DNA from: Lama guanicoe
Taxonomy: Eukaryota
Direction of reading: 5' to 3'
DNA: 64,000 bases
Assembly: GCA_013239625.1 (NCBI GenBank)
Contig: MU053995.1
Span: 434,001 to 498,000 of the forward strand
Positions 62,930 through 64,000 of the stretch are shown here, piece by piece; the first letter of the stretch is position 1; each line of letters opens with the position of its first letter. The position numbers were made by a program, and so were the translations under genes. The notes under the pieces are model-generated. The model was not told the origin of the DNA. It did no database searches and saw nothing but the letters and a program-made list of their open reading frames with translations.

Positions 62930-64000
62930 ATTTGTTGTTGATACTTTCATTTGTATTTTATATAGTTTTATACATTGTTGAGCAGCTATGAACACCATCC
63001 ATGCCCTTAACTCTTTCCATCTTATAAACCTGAAACTCTATACTCATCAAATAGTAACATCATTGTCCCCACCCAACCCACTAGCAACTACCATTTATAC
63101 TTTCTGTGGTATTGTATATCCACGTACTTGTAAGTGGAATCATGCATGCAATATTTGTCTTTTTTGTGACTGGCTTATTTCACTTAGCATGATGTCCTCA
63201 AGATTTATGTCATAATTTATGTCAGAATTTCCTTCATTTTTAAAGCTCTGTAGTATTCCATTCTAGGTATATGCTGCATTTTGCTTATTTATTCATCTGT
63301 CAAAGAACACATGGATTATGTCCACATTTCAGCTATTGTGAACAGAGCTACACTAACATGCATATACAAATGGGTGTTTTTTAGTCTATTTTTAATTCTT
63401 TTGGATAAATAATATGAGTTGCTGGATCTTACGATAATTCTGCTTTTAATTTTTTGAGGAACTGCTCTACTGTATTTCACAGAGGCTCACCATTTTAAAT
63501 TCCTACCAACAGTGCACAGAGGTTCCATTTTCTCCACATCTTCCCTAAAACTTGCTATTTTTCTGAGATGGGGATGTAATCTTTAGGGTTTTCTATGTAT
63601 AAGATTATGTCATCTGCAAACATCATTTTACGTCTTCCTTTCCAATTTGGATACCTTTTATTTTGTTTGCTACTAAATTAATTTGGCCAGAACTTACAAT
63701 ACTGTGTTGAATGAAGGTGAAAGTGGACATCTATGTCTTGCTCCTGGTCTTAGAAGAAAGTATTGTAGTCTTTTACCATTGGATATGATGTACAGTGTAG
63801 GTTTTTCATACATGCTTTTATTATGTTGAGGTAGTATCCTATTCCTATTTTGTTATGTGGAAAGTTGTTGATTTTGTCAAATGTGTTTTCTGCATTGAGA
63901 TAACCATGTATTTTTTTTTCCCTTTATTCTATTGATAGGGTATATTATGTTGATTCACTTTGATTGACTTTTTTTAAATTGAAGTATAGTCAGTATACAA
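62930..64000 (-). mobile_element. Old antisense L1 (L1MB-like 3' end and ORF2 fragments)
   Basis: TTTTGTGACTGGCTTATTTCACTTAGCATGATGTCCTCAAG; ATTATGTCATCTGCAAAC. Confidence 0.8.

Overview
Mammalian genomic DNA: AT-rich, LINE-1-dense and most likely a camelid Y chromosome segment. The camelid call rests on Vic-1-type SINEs and camelid-type L1 3' ends, and Y linkage is inferred from gene content. There are two divergent loci. (1) On the + strand is an intact 7-exon eIF1A gene (CDS 38409-59852, 144 aa, all introns GT-AG), most likely EIF1AY. (2) On the - strand are exons 1-4 of an intron-containing, decayed copy of MBTPS2 (site-2 protease), i.e. a putative MBTPS2Y pseudogene, which the ORF track barely shows. 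Its first two splice donors read TT, exons 3 and 4 are frameshifted, and a 12-nt deletion removes EIGH from the catalytic HEIGH zinc-binding motif, yet its CpG-rich promoter survives. The two start codons are about 28.6 kb apart, separated almost entirely by transposon debris. That spacer includes about four copies of a ~245-bp satellite-like monomer that appear to have been moved by L1 3' transduction, and a retroviral gag-pro remnant next to the EIF1AY promoter. A near full-length antisense L1 fills EIF1AY intron 5. All homology calls are from recalled reference sequences, not database searches, and repeat boundaries are approximate.
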